From contig CAKOHI010000001.1 of assembly GCA_934085585.1 (NCBI GenBank), positions 76,172-140,171 on the forward strand: a stretch of DNA of 64,000 nt, written 5' to 3'. The translations under genes were made by a program, and so were the position numbers. Origin of the DNA: an uncultured Bacilli bacterium. GTDB lineage: Bacteria > Bacillota_I > Bacilli_A > RF39 > UBA660. Every line of letters begins with the position of its first letter. The stretch's first letter is position 1. Shown one piece after another: positions 39,366-49,257 of this stretch. The notes under the pieces were generated by a model that was not told the DNA's origin, did no database searches, and saw nothing but the letters and a program-made list of their open reading frames with translations.

Positions 39366-40362
39366 AGTAGCAATTAATGGTTTTGGTAGAATAGGTAGAT
39401 TAGCATTTAGACAAATAGTTACACAAACTGATTTTGATATTGTAGCTATTAATGACTTGACTAGTGCAGAAGATTTAGCATATTTAGTAAAATATGATAC
39501 TGTTCATGGATCATTTCATGAAGATGAAATTAAAGCAGAAGGCAATGAAATTGTTGTAGCTGGTGTTAAAAGAATTAAAGTTTTTAGTGAAACTGATCCA
39601 GCAAATCTTCCATGGGGAGAACTTGGAATTGATTTAGTACTTGAATGTACTGGAAAATTTACTCAAAAAGAAGATGCAATGAAACATATTACAGCTGGTG
39701 CTAAAAAGGTTTTAATTAGTGCTCCAGGAAAAGGAGAAATGAAAACTGTTGTTTATGGAGTAAATGATAATATTTTAACCAATGATGATGTTATAGTTAG
39801 TGCTGCAAGTTGTACAACAAATTGTTTAGCTCCGGTTCTTAATATAATACATAAAAATATTGGGGTTAAAAAAGGATTTATGACAACAGTTCATGCTTAT
39901 ACAAATGATCAAGCAACACTAGATATTGCTCATAAAAAAGGTATTAAATCAAGACGTGGTAGAGCTTGTGCTCAAAATATCGTACCATCTAGTACAGGCG
40001 CTGCAAAAGCTATTGGTTTGGTTATTCCTGAACTTCTTGGTAAGCTTGATGGTAATGCTTTAAGGGTTCCAACTGCGGATGGTTCTGTTGTGGATTTAAC
40101 TTTAGAACTAAATAGGAATACAAGTGTTGATGAAATTAACAAGTTGTTTCAAGATAATCAAAATGAAACAATTAAGTTTACAATGGATCCGATTGTTTCA
40201 AGCGATTGTTTGGGAAAAAAGGTTGGTGCTATAGTTGATGGACTTTCAACAAGTATTGTTGAAGCTGAAGGAGCTCAACTTGTTAAAGTAATAGCTTGGT
40301 ATGATAATGAATATGGTTATACTGCTCAAATGCTTAGAACAGCAAAGAAAATGTTTCAATAA
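39358..40362 (+). CDS. gap: glyceraldehyde-3-phosphate dehydrogenase
   Basis: NAD-binding motif INGFGRIGR and active-site motif ASCTTNCLAP. Confidence 0.9.
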   Translation: MIKVAINGFGRIGRLAFRQIVTQTDFDIVAINDLTSAEDLAYLVKYDTVHGSFHEDEIKAEGNEIVVAGVKRIKVFSETDPANLPWGELGIDLVLECTGKFTQKEDAMKHITAGAKKVLISAPGKGEMKTVVYGVNDNILTNDDVIVSAASCTTNCLAPVLNIIHKNIGVKKGFMTTVHAYTNDQATLDIAHKKGIKSRRGRACAQNIVPSSTGAAKAIGLVIPELLGKLDGNALRVPTADGSVVDLTLELNRNTSVDEINKLFQDNQNETIKFTMDPIVSSDCLGKKVGAIVDGLSTSIVEAEGAQLVKVIAWYDNEYGYTAQMLRTAKKMFQ

Positions 40363-40370
40363 AAAATAAT

Positions 40371-40396
40371 CTCTCATTAATTTGAGAGTTTTTTTG
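40371..40396 (+). terminator. rho-independent terminator after gap
   Basis: CTCTCA-TTAATT-TGAGAG hairpin followed by T8. Confidence 0.5.
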
Positions 40397-40469
40397 TTAA
40401 AACAAATGATAATAAGCCAACTATGTTTACAAAAGTTGACAGAAGTTTTTGGGGGGGAAAGCTGGTATA

Positions 40470-40498
40470 TTGACTTTTTTCTTTTATTTTTATATAAT
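40470..40498 (+). promoter_or_regulatory. sigma-A-type promoter
   Basis: TTGACT, 17-bp spacer, TATAAT, about 30 bp upstream of the 40531 ORF. Confidence 0.45.
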
Positions 40499-40530
40499 TT
40501 TAGTGTAAAGTATTTACAAGGAGGAAAATA

Positions 40531-41208
40531 ATGAGAACATTTGAAGAAGCAAAGTCAAAAGTGATGTCTAGTTTAATGAGAAATATGGAACGTTATAAAA
40601 AAGAATTAGAAGATCAAAGATTAAATGAAGGAGTAAAAGCGGCTGTAAAAAAAAATTTGCTATTCACTCAACATGAAATTGAAAATATTGATGAACTTAC
40701 ATTAATAGAAATAGGAGCTGCTGTAAATTATTTAATTGAAAAAATAAAAATGTATTATAGAAATAATGGCAATAATGGTACTATGTACTTTCAACAATTT
40801 GATTCTTTTATGGAAGAATTTTGTTTAAAAGAAGTTCCTGGAAGAGATCTTGTCTGCATACAAGCTGATTTGTTGGGCTTATCTAAAGAAGATTTGCAAT
40901 GTCTTAAAGACACAGTGCCAATCAACGCTAATTTTGGAGACGAATTACGACAAAAAGTTAATTTTGCGATGGGAACTAAAATACCAACTAGTGAAGAGAT
41001 GCTTATGTTACAGACAGAATTTAATAATACTCAAAGATTAGATATTAATGTTAGTGAAGAAATTAAAGATCAAGCTCTTGTGGATTACATGGAGATGCGA
41101 AGAAATGCTGGAATGGATAAACGCTTAATGCCTGTTGATAGTCCTTTTTTAGCAGATAATCCTAAATATCAAGCTGCAAAAGATCGTCTTTCAGGAAGAT
41201 CATTATAA
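40531..41208 (+). CDS. hypothetical protein (225 aa)
   Basis: ORF with a strong AAGGAGG RBS; locally higher GC than surrounding genes; no recognised motif. Confidence 0.5.
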   Translation: MRTFEEAKSKVMSSLMRNMERYKKELEDQRLNEGVKAAVKKNLLFTQHEIENIDELTLIEIGAAVNYLIEKIKMYYRNNGNNGTMYFQQFDSFMEEFCLKEVPGRDLVCIQADLLGLSKEDLQCLKDTVPINANFGDELRQKVNFAMGTKIPTSEEMLMLQTEFNNTQRLDINVSEEIKDQALVDYMEMRRNAGMDKRLMPVDSPFLADNPKYQAAKDRLSGRSL

Positions 41209-41265
41209 TTAGTTCTTGATAAATATAATATATTTGTGTTTTAAACTTAAATAAATTGCAAAATA

Positions 41266-41290
41266 AAATCTCTCTTTATTTGAGGGATTT
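41266..41290. terminator. bidirectional terminator hairpin
   Basis: AAATCTCTC-TTTATT-GAGGGATTT stem-loop with A-run upstream and T-run downstream, between convergent genes. Confidence 0.4.
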
Positions 41291-41325
41291 TATTTTGCAT
41301 AAAAATGTATTAATTAATTTTATAT

Positions 41326-41556
41326 CTATTTTAATATTGATTTTTGGTATGGTTTTCTTTGATCGGTTCTGTAAGTGAGATAATCTATGCTAGTTTTGTA
41401 ATAGTCTGCGAGTATGTTTATTTTTTCTAAGGGGATAGCATTTATTCCTAATTCATATTTATTATATTGTTGTTGTGTGATTCCGAGAATATTGGCAATA
41501 TCTTTTTGATATAAATCATTATCTTCACGAATTTCTTTAAGTCTTGAAATGTTCAT
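41326..41556 (-). CDS. XRE-family HTH regulator (76 aa); paralogue of the gene at 47802-48032
   Basis: MNISRLKEIREDNDLYQKDIANILGITQQQYNKYELG HTH; AGAGGTGA RBS; ORF-track start trimmed to the internal Met. Confidence 0.7.
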   Translation of the reverse strand: MNISRLKEIREDNDLYQKDIANILGITQQQYNKYELGINAIPLEKINILADYYKTSIDYLTYRTDQRKPYQKSILK

Positions 41557-41673
41557 AAAGTTCACCTCTAAATAAATTTTACTATACAACTAAAAATTGT
41601 ATTGAATTATACAACTTTAGGTAGTATAATAAAATTAGTGTACAACTGTAAGTTGTTTGGATTGGGGTAAGTA

Positions 41674-43161
41674 ATGAAAAGAAAGTATATTGTGATTTTA
41701 GGATTGGTGTTAGTAACTTTAATGTTATCAACAATATTATTTAAAAACAAAGTATTATTAGATGATTATAACCAATTTGGTAAGAATGATAATACGATGT
41801 TATCGATGATGCTTGAAACAGATGATGGTAGTGGAGAATATAAAGCTACAACAATGAGTTCTTGGCCAACAGATGGATATACATTTAATAAAGAATTATC
41901 AAGATGTGAAAATGGCGGAGAGTTATCATGGGATGATACAAAGAAAATTGTTATCATGAGTGGTAATGTTTCTGATAAATGTTATGTTTATTTTGATGTA
42001 AATACTGTAAAGCCTTTAATTGATTATGTAAAGTCAAAATATACTGGTGTACAGGGAGATAATAGTTTGTATTATCATGATTCTAGTCTAACTAATGGAA
42101 TTAATGATAATTCATACAGATATGTAGGAAGTGATTATCTTTTAACAGATGTTGGAAAAGCAACAGGTGCAACAATGTTAGTTGGTTATGATGCAACTGC
42201 TACGACAGCATTAATAGATTTTTATTGTAATGGAACAAAATCGTATGTTGGTTATGCTTGTGCAAGTTCATATTCTCATTATTATTTAGTAAAGGGAGAT
42301 ACAACACAATATCAAACTTATAATGAAACTCTGAATGTTGCTTTAACTAAGGGTTATATTACTAAAGATAATGTTAAAAATTTTGTATGTTTTGGAACTG
42401 ATGCCACTACCTGTCCAATAGATAATTTATATCGCATCATCGGAGTAATAGATGAAAAGGTGAAATTAATAAAATGGGATTATGCAAAAGCTAGTTTACT
42501 TGGTACTAATGGTGATTATGCACGGGAATATTCTTATAGTTATTTTAGTGGAGAACGAGGGGAAAGTCCAGCTAGTAATGCAACTTATTATTGGAATAAT
42601 ACAACAAAAACAAATACATGGAGTGAAAGTAATTTAAATAAAGTTAATTTAAATACTAACTATTTAAATAATATTGGAACTGAGTGGGCGAATAAAATAG
42701 TCACAACAACGTGGAAAGTCGGAGGTAATACATTTAGCAATATTGCAAATGTTACTCCGTCGTCATCATATAAAAATGAGATAAAATCTCCGGCGGCATC
42801 AACAACGTATAGTGCCAAAATAGGATTAATGTATGTAAGTGAATATTTGTATTCTGCAAATCCATCTTATTGGATGTATATAGTTAGCACTTCATATAAT
42901 GATGGAACTCCATCAAACGACTATAGAGCTACGAAGGGAGATAATTGGTTATACGGAGGCAGTTGGGAAGGAATGATTACACGGGTTTCTGATGATACCA
43001 CGCTAGCTTTTTATATAGATTATAATGGGTTTGTGGGTAATAATAGTGTATCTATTGCTCCGAATAGTGGTAAAGGAATTAGGCCTACATTTAATTTAGA
43101 TACTTCAGTAAATTATACAGGTGGTACAGGAACTATGGATGATCCAATCCGCATAAATTAA
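41674..43161 (+). CDS. secreted/membrane-anchored Cys-containing protein, unknown function (495 aa)
   Basis: N-terminal signal anchor MKRKYIVILGLVLVTLMLSTILF; Cys pairs; Ser/Thr/Asn/Tyr/Gly-rich extracellular-type composition. Confidence 0.55.
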   Translation: MKRKYIVILGLVLVTLMLSTILFKNKVLLDDYNQFGKNDNTMLSMMLETDDGSGEYKATTMSSWPTDGYTFNKELSRCENGGELSWDDTKKIVIMSGNVSDKCYVYFDVNTVKPLIDYVKSKYTGVQGDNSLYYHDSSLTNGINDNSYRYVGSDYLLTDVGKATGATMLVGYDATATTALIDFYCNGTKSYVGYACASSYSHYYLVKGDTTQYQTYNETLNVALTKGYITKDNVKNFVCFGTDATTCPIDNLYRIIGVIDEKVKLIKWDYAKASLLGTNGDYAREYSYSYFSGERGESPASNATYYWNNTTKTNTWSESNLNKVNLNTNYLNNIGTEWANKIVTTTWKVGGNTFSNIANVTPSSSYKNEIKSPAASTTYSAKIGLMYVSEYLYSANPSYWMYIVSTSYNDGTPSNDYRATKGDNWLYGGSWEGMITRVSDDTTLAFYIDYNGFVGNNSVSIAPNSGKGIRPTFNLDTSVNYTGGTGTMDDPIRIN

Positions 43162-43171
43162 AAACTTCAGC

Positions 43172-44794
43172 TTATCTTGCTGAGGTTTTCTTTCTTTTAA
43201 GTTTATTTATAAATCTATTACCAACTAATTCGTTTAATAACTCTTTATTCATTAAGTAGTAAAGTATTAATGAAACAAGTCCAATACATGCTAGAGCAAG
43301 TAACATAGGCATTTTTCTAGTTATGTGATTAAATATTAATGGTTTTAAAATTAGGCATATGATTATTAAAATAACTATTGTTACTACTAGTTTGGGTATT
43401 GATTTAATAGTATCTTTATAACTAAAGCTATATTTGTGATGTAATGTGTAAAGTGGAATAGCAAGTGATAGTAAATAACCTATTGTAGTTGCTAGTATTG
43501 CACCATGGAATGGATAAATGCCTAATTTGTTAAATAAGAATATTAATGGTATATCTAATATTGTTTTGGTAATTAAACCAGTTGCACAAGATATATAAAT
43601 TAGTTTGGTTTTAGATAGTCCTTGAAGAGCACTGCATATCATAATATAGGCTGAGTCTAATATTGCAAGTAAGATTGTATATTTAAATATTAATGGTCCA
43701 TAGAAACTTTCACCATAAAATATTGTCCATACTTGTTTTGAGAATATGCTCAAGAAAATTGATAAAGGAAGGATTACATAAAGCAAAACTTGTAATGTTT
43801 TATTAAATTGAGAGTTTACTTCTTTCATATCTTTTTTAGTGTATGATTCTACGATTGTAGGTATTAAACTTATTACTAAGCCAGTCGCTATTGCTGTTAC
43901 TACACTTACGAGTTTACTTCCCCAGGTGGTAAATACTGATGAAATTGTTTCAATATCACTGGCAGGATAACCTATCCAATTTAATCCTTTGATTACTAGA
44001 ATCATATCAACAGTGTTATAAATACTATTAGCAACATTTATAATAATAAATGGGATACAATAACCAATTAATTTTTTTAAAATTGTTTTCTTTTCAGATG
44101 CAGATACTTCTTCATATGGCACAAATAATTCATTTTTTACTTTGTTTGTTTTAATAAGTAAGTATGCGTATGATACTAAAGCCCCAGCACAGGCTCCGAA
44201 TACTGCAATACCAACAGCTTGAGCAGTTGATAAGTGAAATACTTTTAAAGCAAGAAAAGAACCAACAATAATAACTAAAACTCTTACAAATTGTTCAATA
44301 ACTTGACCAATTGATGGTGCTGAAATATAGTGATGGCCTTGTAAATAGCCTCTGAAAATACTTAATAGGGGTACAACTAATATGGCAAATGATACACATT
44401 TAATTACAAAAGCAACATCTGATACAGTATTTCCTCCGGTTAAATCTCCGACGATAGCATTAGCTATTAAGTTTGCTCCGAAAAAACATATACAAAATGA
44501 TACAATAGAAAATATTCTAATTATTTTTTTAGAGTATTTAAACATATAAGTTTTTTCTTTTAATTTTCCTAATGTGTTATATTCACTAGTAATTTTACTT
44601 ATAGCAAGTGGTATACCTGCGGATGATATAATTAAGAAAAAGTTATATATATTGTAAGCATAGCCATAAAGGGATCCTCCGTTTTCACCGATTATATTGT
44701 AAAATGGAATTACATAAAGAACTCCGAGAATTTTTGATAAAATTATAGCTATTGTGGCAATTAATGCTCCTTCGATAAATTCATTTTTTTTCAA
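43172..44794 (-). CDS. MOP-superfamily polysaccharide/lipid II flippase (YabM/SpoVB/MurJ-like)
   Basis: 540 aa with about 14 TM helices; the N-terminal motif GALIATIAIILSKILGVLYVIPF is typical of Wzx/MurJ/SpoVB flippases. Confidence 0.75.
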   Translation of the reverse strand: MKKNEFIEGALIATIAIILSKILGVLYVIPFYNIIGENGGSLYGYAYNIYNFFLIISSAGIPLAISKITSEYNTLGKLKEKTYMFKYSKKIIRIFSIVSFCICFFGANLIANAIVGDLTGGNTVSDVAFVIKCVSFAILVVPLLSIFRGYLQGHHYISAPSIGQVIEQFVRVLVIIVGSFLALKVFHLSTAQAVGIAVFGACAGALVSYAYLLIKTNKVKNELFVPYEEVSASEKKTILKKLIGYCIPFIIINVANSIYNTVDMILVIKGLNWIGYPASDIETISSVFTTWGSKLVSVVTAIATGLVISLIPTIVESYTKKDMKEVNSQFNKTLQVLLYVILPLSIFLSIFSKQVWTIFYGESFYGPLIFKYTILLAILDSAYIMICSALQGLSKTKLIYISCATGLITKTILDIPLIFLFNKLGIYPFHGAILATTIGYLLSLAIPLYTLHHKYSFSYKDTIKSIPKLVVTIVILIIICLILKPLIFNHITRKMPMLLALACIGLVSLILYYLMNKELLNELVGNRFINKLKRKKTSAR

Positions 44795-44931
44795 AAGTTA
44801 TCATCTCCGTATGTATATTATATTAAAATTAAGCTTATCTAGCAAGAGTGGACAAGTTAAATCTATGTAAATTACATAAATTTGCCATTTATAAAATTTA
44901 AAAATGATGCTATAATTAGTATGGAGGATCC

Positions 44932-45634
44932 TATGAAGTTTATAGAATTTAAAAATGTTAATAAAACTTATAAAAACGGAATTACTGCGGTTGCTGATAT
45001 GACAGTAAGTGTTTCAAAGGGTGAGTTTGTTTTTGTTATAGGTCTTACTGCAAGTGGTAAATCTACATTTATTAAAATGCTTTATAGAGAGGAAAAACCT
45101 ACGAGTGGAACTGTTTATGTAGGTGGTTTAAATGTGGGAAAAATTAGAAACAGAAAAGTGTATAAATTAAGAAGAAAAGAAGGAATAGTTTTTCAAGATT
45201 TTAAATTATTACCTAGACAAACTGTTTATGAAAATGTAGCATTTGCTCTTGAATGTATGGGATTAAAAGGATCAGAAATAAGACCTAAAGTTATGAATGC
45301 TTTAGAGCTTGTTGGTTTAAAAGAAAAAGTTCGTTCATTTCCTGGGGAATTATCTGGTGGAGAACAACAAAGAGTTTGTATTGCTAGAGCTATAGTTAAT
45401 GAACCTAAATTATTAATTTGTGATGAACCAACTGGTAATTTGGACCCTGAAACTAGTGAAGAAATTATGAAAGTTATTGAAAAAATTAACAAAGAACTTG
45501 GTACAACAATAATTATGGCAACTCATGATAAAGATATTGTAAATAGAATGAAAAAAAGAGTTTTAGTTATTAATCATGGTGTACTAGTTGGAGATTATGT
45601 GAAAGGAAGTTATAAGACAAATGAGAGCGTTTAG
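44932..45634 (+). CDS. ftsE: cell division ATP-binding protein FtsE
   Basis: Walker A GLTASGKST, ABC signature LSGGEQQR and Walker B LLICDEPTGNLD; GGAGGA RBS; ORF-track start trimmed. Confidence 0.85.
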
Positions 45635-46514
45635 AATATTTTTTAGAAGTATAAGAGACGCTTTTAAGAGCGTTATTAGAAACTTTTCTTTAAGTTTTGC
45701 ATCTATTATGTGTACCACAATTACATTAATTTTAGTAGCTGTGGCAGTTGTTTGTGCTGCGAATATTAATAATGCTACGAAAATGATAGAAAATGAATTA
45801 ACTATTATAACTTATTTAAAAAAGGATGTAACGGAAGAACAAATAGATAATATTACAACTGAATTAAAAAGCTATAAGAACATTGAAGAAGTAGTTTATA
45901 AAAGTAAAGATGAATGGAAAATGGAAATGAGTAATCTAGCAGATGAATATAAAACAATATTAGATTATTTTGATGAAAATCCATTGATGGATTCATTTGT
46001 ATTAAAAGTTAATGATGTTAAAAAATTAAGTGAAACTAGCGAATATATTAAAGCAATTGATGGTGTAGATACTGTTAAGTATGGTGAAGAAATGGTTGAA
46101 CAAGTAATATCAGTATTTGATGTTGTTCAAAAAATTGTAGTAGTTGTAGTTATTGCTTTAATATTAGTAACAGGATTTTTAATAAGTAATACTATAAAAT
46201 TAACAATATTTAGCAGAAGAAATGAAATTGAAATAATGAGACTTGTTGGTGCAAGTAATATAACTATAAAACTTCCGTTTTTATTTGAAGGGTTTATTAT
46301 TGGGTTAATCGGAGCGATTATTCCGGTTTGTATAACAATATATGGTTATGTAATTCTTCATTCAATATTACATGGTAAATTATTTTCTAATATGATTATG
46401 TTAATAAAACCTTATCCATTTGTATTTGGAGTATCCTTGATTATAGTTTTAATCGGAGCTTTAGTTGGTATGTATGGAAGTATTAAAGCTGTTAGAAAGT
46501 ATCTGAAGGTGTAG
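45621..46514 (+). CDS. ftsX: cell division permease FtsX
   Basis: FtsX topology of one N-terminal TM, a large extracellular loop and three C-terminal TMs; translationally coupled to ftsE. Confidence 0.8.
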   Translation: MRAFRIFFRSIRDAFKSVIRNFSLSFASIMCTTITLILVAVAVVCAANINNATKMIENELTIITYLKKDVTEEQIDNITTELKSYKNIEEVVYKSKDEWKMEMSNLADEYKTILDYFDENPLMDSFVLKVNDVKKLSETSEYIKAIDGVDTVKYGEEMVEQVISVFDVVQKIVVVVVIALILVTGFLISNTIKLTIFSRRNEIEIMRLVGASNITIKLPFLFEGFIIGLIGAIIPVCITIYGYVILHSILHGKLFSNMIMLIKPYPFVFGVSLIIVLIGALVGMYGSIKAVRKYLKV

Positions 46515-46516
46515 AT

Positions 46517-47770
46517 ATGAATGTAAAAAAGTTAAGTGGATATTTTTTGAGATATTTTTTAGCGATATTTATTTTTGTATCTTCTTTTATATTTAAACCC
46601 ATGGTTAGTGAGGCTAAATCGGCGAATACTTTGGCTGGTTTAAGGGCAGATTTAAAAGATTTGGAAGCTCAAAAAAGAGCAAATGATAATCAAAAAAGTT
46701 TAACACAAGGACAAATTAATAGTAATAAAAATGCTATTAATAATGCGAATCAAGAAATTGATAATTCGAGAAAGAAAATTGAAGATGCAAAAGTCTTAAT
46801 TGAAGAAACAAATAATAAGATTAAAGATTTAGAAGTAAAAAATGAAAATTTAATGGCTTATTTTCAAATAATGCAAGGTAATAATTTATATATGGAATTT
46901 ATTACAGAATCAACTAGTATGACAGAACTTATAATGCGAGTTGATGCTATTAAAGAGTTAGCTAGTTATCAACAAGATAAGTTAAAGGAAATGGATACTT
47001 TAATAAATGAACAAGAACAATTACAAGTTGATATGAAAAAATATGAAGATACGTTAGAACAAAATATTGTTACATATCAAAATGCTGTGTATTCTTTACA
47101 AGGTAATTTAGCAAATTTAAATGAGATTAGTATGGATATTAGTTCCCAAATAAGTTCTCAAAAAGAATTAATTAAAGTTTATGAAGATATGGGCTGTAGA
47201 GAAGATGAAGATTTAGATGAATGTTCAAGAGTTATGGGTAATGCTTTATGGTTGAAGCCTTTAAATAAAGGAAGAGTAAATAGTAACTTTGGTAGAAGAG
47301 AAAATCCTTTGAAACCAGGTACTTATAAAGTTCATCAAGCTGTAGATATTGGAGGTAATGGAGAAGGAACTAAAGTTTATGCAGTAGGTTCAGGTTCTGT
47401 TGCTATGGTAATAAATGCTGAACAAGTTTATAATAATAAAAAAACTAAAACTTGTGGTGGAAATCAAGTATATATTTGGATGAAAGTCGGAGGAAAATAT
47501 TATACTGTTCAATATGCTCATTTGCTTCAAATATATGTTAAAACTGGGGATGTTGTAACTAAAGATACTGTTATAGGTCTTCAAGGTGGTGGATCTGGTA
47601 CTAGAAAATGGGAAAGTTGTTCAACTGGAACACATCTTCATTTTGGAGTATCGGAAGGCAAAATTGCAAATAATAAATATTTTATTAGTAATTGGATGGC
47701 ACATGCTGTAAAACCGGAAGGTTATCCATCTGCAGGCGGTTGGTTCTATTCAAGAACACAATGGTTTTAA
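46517..47770 (+). CDS. M23-family peptidoglycan endopeptidase with N-terminal coiled coil (PcsB/EnvC-like FtsEX partner)
   Basis: Signal peptide, long coiled-coil region, and C-terminal LytM motifs (HQAVDIGG; HLHFGV). Confidence 0.75.
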   Translation: MNVKKLSGYFLRYFLAIFIFVSSFIFKPMVSEAKSANTLAGLRADLKDLEAQKRANDNQKSLTQGQINSNKNAINNANQEIDNSRKKIEDAKVLIEETNNKIKDLEVKNENLMAYFQIMQGNNLYMEFITESTSMTELIMRVDAIKELASYQQDKLKEMDTLINEQEQLQVDMKKYEDTLEQNIVTYQNAVYSLQGNLANLNEISMDISSQISSQKELIKVYEDMGCREDEDLDECSRVMGNALWLKPLNKGRVNSNFGRRENPLKPGTYKVHQAVDIGGNGEGTKVYAVGSGSVAMVINAEQVYNNKKTKTCGGNQVYIWMKVGGKYYTVQYAHLLQIYVKTGDVVTKDTVIGLQGGGSGTRKWESCSTGTHLHFGVSEGKIANNKYFISNWMAHAVKPEGYPSAGGWFYSRTQWF

Positions 47771-47796
47771 AAAAACGCAAATTTTGCGTTTTTTTT
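47771..47796. terminator. bidirectional rho-independent terminator
   Basis: AACGCAAA-TTT-TGCGTT perfect stem flanked by A7 and T8. Confidence 0.55.
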
Positions 47797-47801
47797 AAGG
47801 C

Positions 47802-48032
47802 TTATTTTAATACTGATTTAGGATAGGGTTTTCTTTGATCTGTTTTTCCTAATAAATAATCTATTGAGGTACTGTAGAAATCAGCTAAATCTGATAAGTA
47901 ATTTATTGGGATTAATCTTTTTCCAATTTCATATTCACTATATTGTTGCTGTTTGATGCCTAAAGCTTTAGCCACTTCACTTTGTTTTAAATCTTTATCT
48001 TCTCTAATCTCTTTTAATCTATTTATGTTCAT
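47802..48032 (-). CDS. XRE-family HTH regulator (76 aa); paralogue of the gene at 41326-41556
   Basis: MNINRLKEIREDKDLKQSEVAKALGIKQQQYSEYEIG...TDQRKPYPKSVLK; most positions match the 41326-41556 protein by eye. Confidence 0.7.
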   Translation of the reverse strand: MNINRLKEIREDKDLKQSEVAKALGIKQQQYSEYEIGKRLIPINYLSDLADFYSTSIDYLLGKTDQRKPYPKSVLK

Positions 48033-48251
48033 AAAACACCTAAACGATATAAGCGCAGCATTCAGTTCATCCTACATTTTTCCTTTTATCATCTGTAATT
48101 TATGATTCTGGAGATGGGACTTTTGAAAACCCAATTCATATGAGCCTATCAAGTTAACTAGACCTTTTGTAAGAACGCATGATAATTTAGTTTAAGAATT
48201 TTTCTCTTTTATTTTTAAGAAAAATAGTGTAATATTTAATTGGTGATATTA

Positions 48252-48749
48252 ATGGATATTAAAGTATTAGTTGTTGGTGCTTTGCAAGAAAATTGCTATG
48301 TATGTAGTGTTGGAGATAAAGCCTTTATTGTTGATCCTGGTGATGAAGCTGATAAAATAATCGAAGCATGTAAAGATAAAAATGTTGTTGAGATAATTGT
48401 TACTCATCATCATTTTGATCATATTGGAGCTTTAGATGAGTTAAAAAAATATTTTGGAATTGAAGAAAATGTAAAAAGTGGAATGTTTGATTATGAAGTA
48501 ATTGAAACTCCGGGTCATACAAGTGATAGTAGAAGTATATATTTTAAAAATGAAAAAGTGATGTTTACCGGAGACTTTTTGTTTTATCGTTCAATTGGAA
48601 GAACTGATTTAGATACTGGTAGTGATATAGATATGATTAAAAGTTTAGAAAATATTAGTAAATATCCAGATGATGTAACTATTTATCCGGGACATGGACC
48701 TAAAAGTATATTGGGAAGAGAAAAGAATAATTTTAAATATTATTTTTGA
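48252..48749 (+). CDS. MBL-fold metallo-hydrolase
   Basis: THHHFDHIGA metal-binding motif. Confidence 0.7.
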   Translation: MDIKVLVVGALQENCYVCSVGDKAFIVDPGDEADKIIEACKDKNVVEIIVTHHHFDHIGALDELKKYFGIEENVKSGMFDYEVIETPGHTSDSRSIYFKNEKVMFTGDFLFYRSIGRTDLDTGSDIDMIKSLENISKYPDDVTIYPGHGPKSILGREKNNFKYYF

Positions 48750-48767
48750 AATATTTGAAAATTAAAA

Positions 48768-48797
48768 CTGATAGATTGTGCTATCAGCTATTTTTTT
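48768..48797 (+). terminator. rho-independent terminator after the MBL hydrolase gene
   Basis: CTGATAG-ATTGTG-CTATCAG hairpin followed by T7. Confidence 0.45.
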
Positions 48798-49158
48798 AAT
48801 AAGTTTTTTCTGAAAAACTATGAGAGTAAATAATAGGTTCCATGAATTCTACATAATTTAGATAAATAATTCTTATTAAATACCACAAATTATTGGTGTT
48901 ATCACGTACTATTAAATGATCTCGTCCGGCTTCTTCAATAATGCCTTCGTAAATTTTGTTTTGCCAAGCACTACTGTCTGGATATGACACATATGCTTTT
49001 ATTTTTCTTCCTTTGTTAAGTCTTAAAATATTTTCGATGTAACTTTGTTCTGTAGGCAAAGTATTGTTGTTATTAACTTCTGTTACAGACATATTTCCTG
49101 GTGGCGTTTGAAAACTTTGCGTAGGAAATGTTGGATTTTGGTAAAAATTACCATTCAT
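48796..49158 (-). CDS. gerQ: spore coat protein GerQ-like
   Basis: Q/P/N/T-rich N-terminus, then YIENILRLNKGRKIKAYVSY...QNKIYEGIIEEAGRDHLIVRD...YLIRIIYLNYVEF matching B. subtilis GerQ(YwdL) from memory. Confidence 0.65.
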   Translation of the reverse strand: MNGNFYQNPTFPTQSFQTPPGNMSVTEVNNNNTLPTEQSYIENILRLNKGRKIKAYVSYPDSSAWQNKIYEGIIEEAGRDHLIVRDNTNNLWYLIRIIYLNYVEFMEPIIYSHSFSEKTY

Positions 49159-49257
49159 TTATAAATTCACCTCTAAAACAATATATGTTTTTTTATAATA
49201 ATAATTGCTAAAAAATTTATAATAGTTTATAATTATTATAGAAAAGTGGTTGAGAAT

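Noticed and set aside
45226-45492. Minus-strand 88-aa ORF
   Set aside because: Antisense within ftsE.
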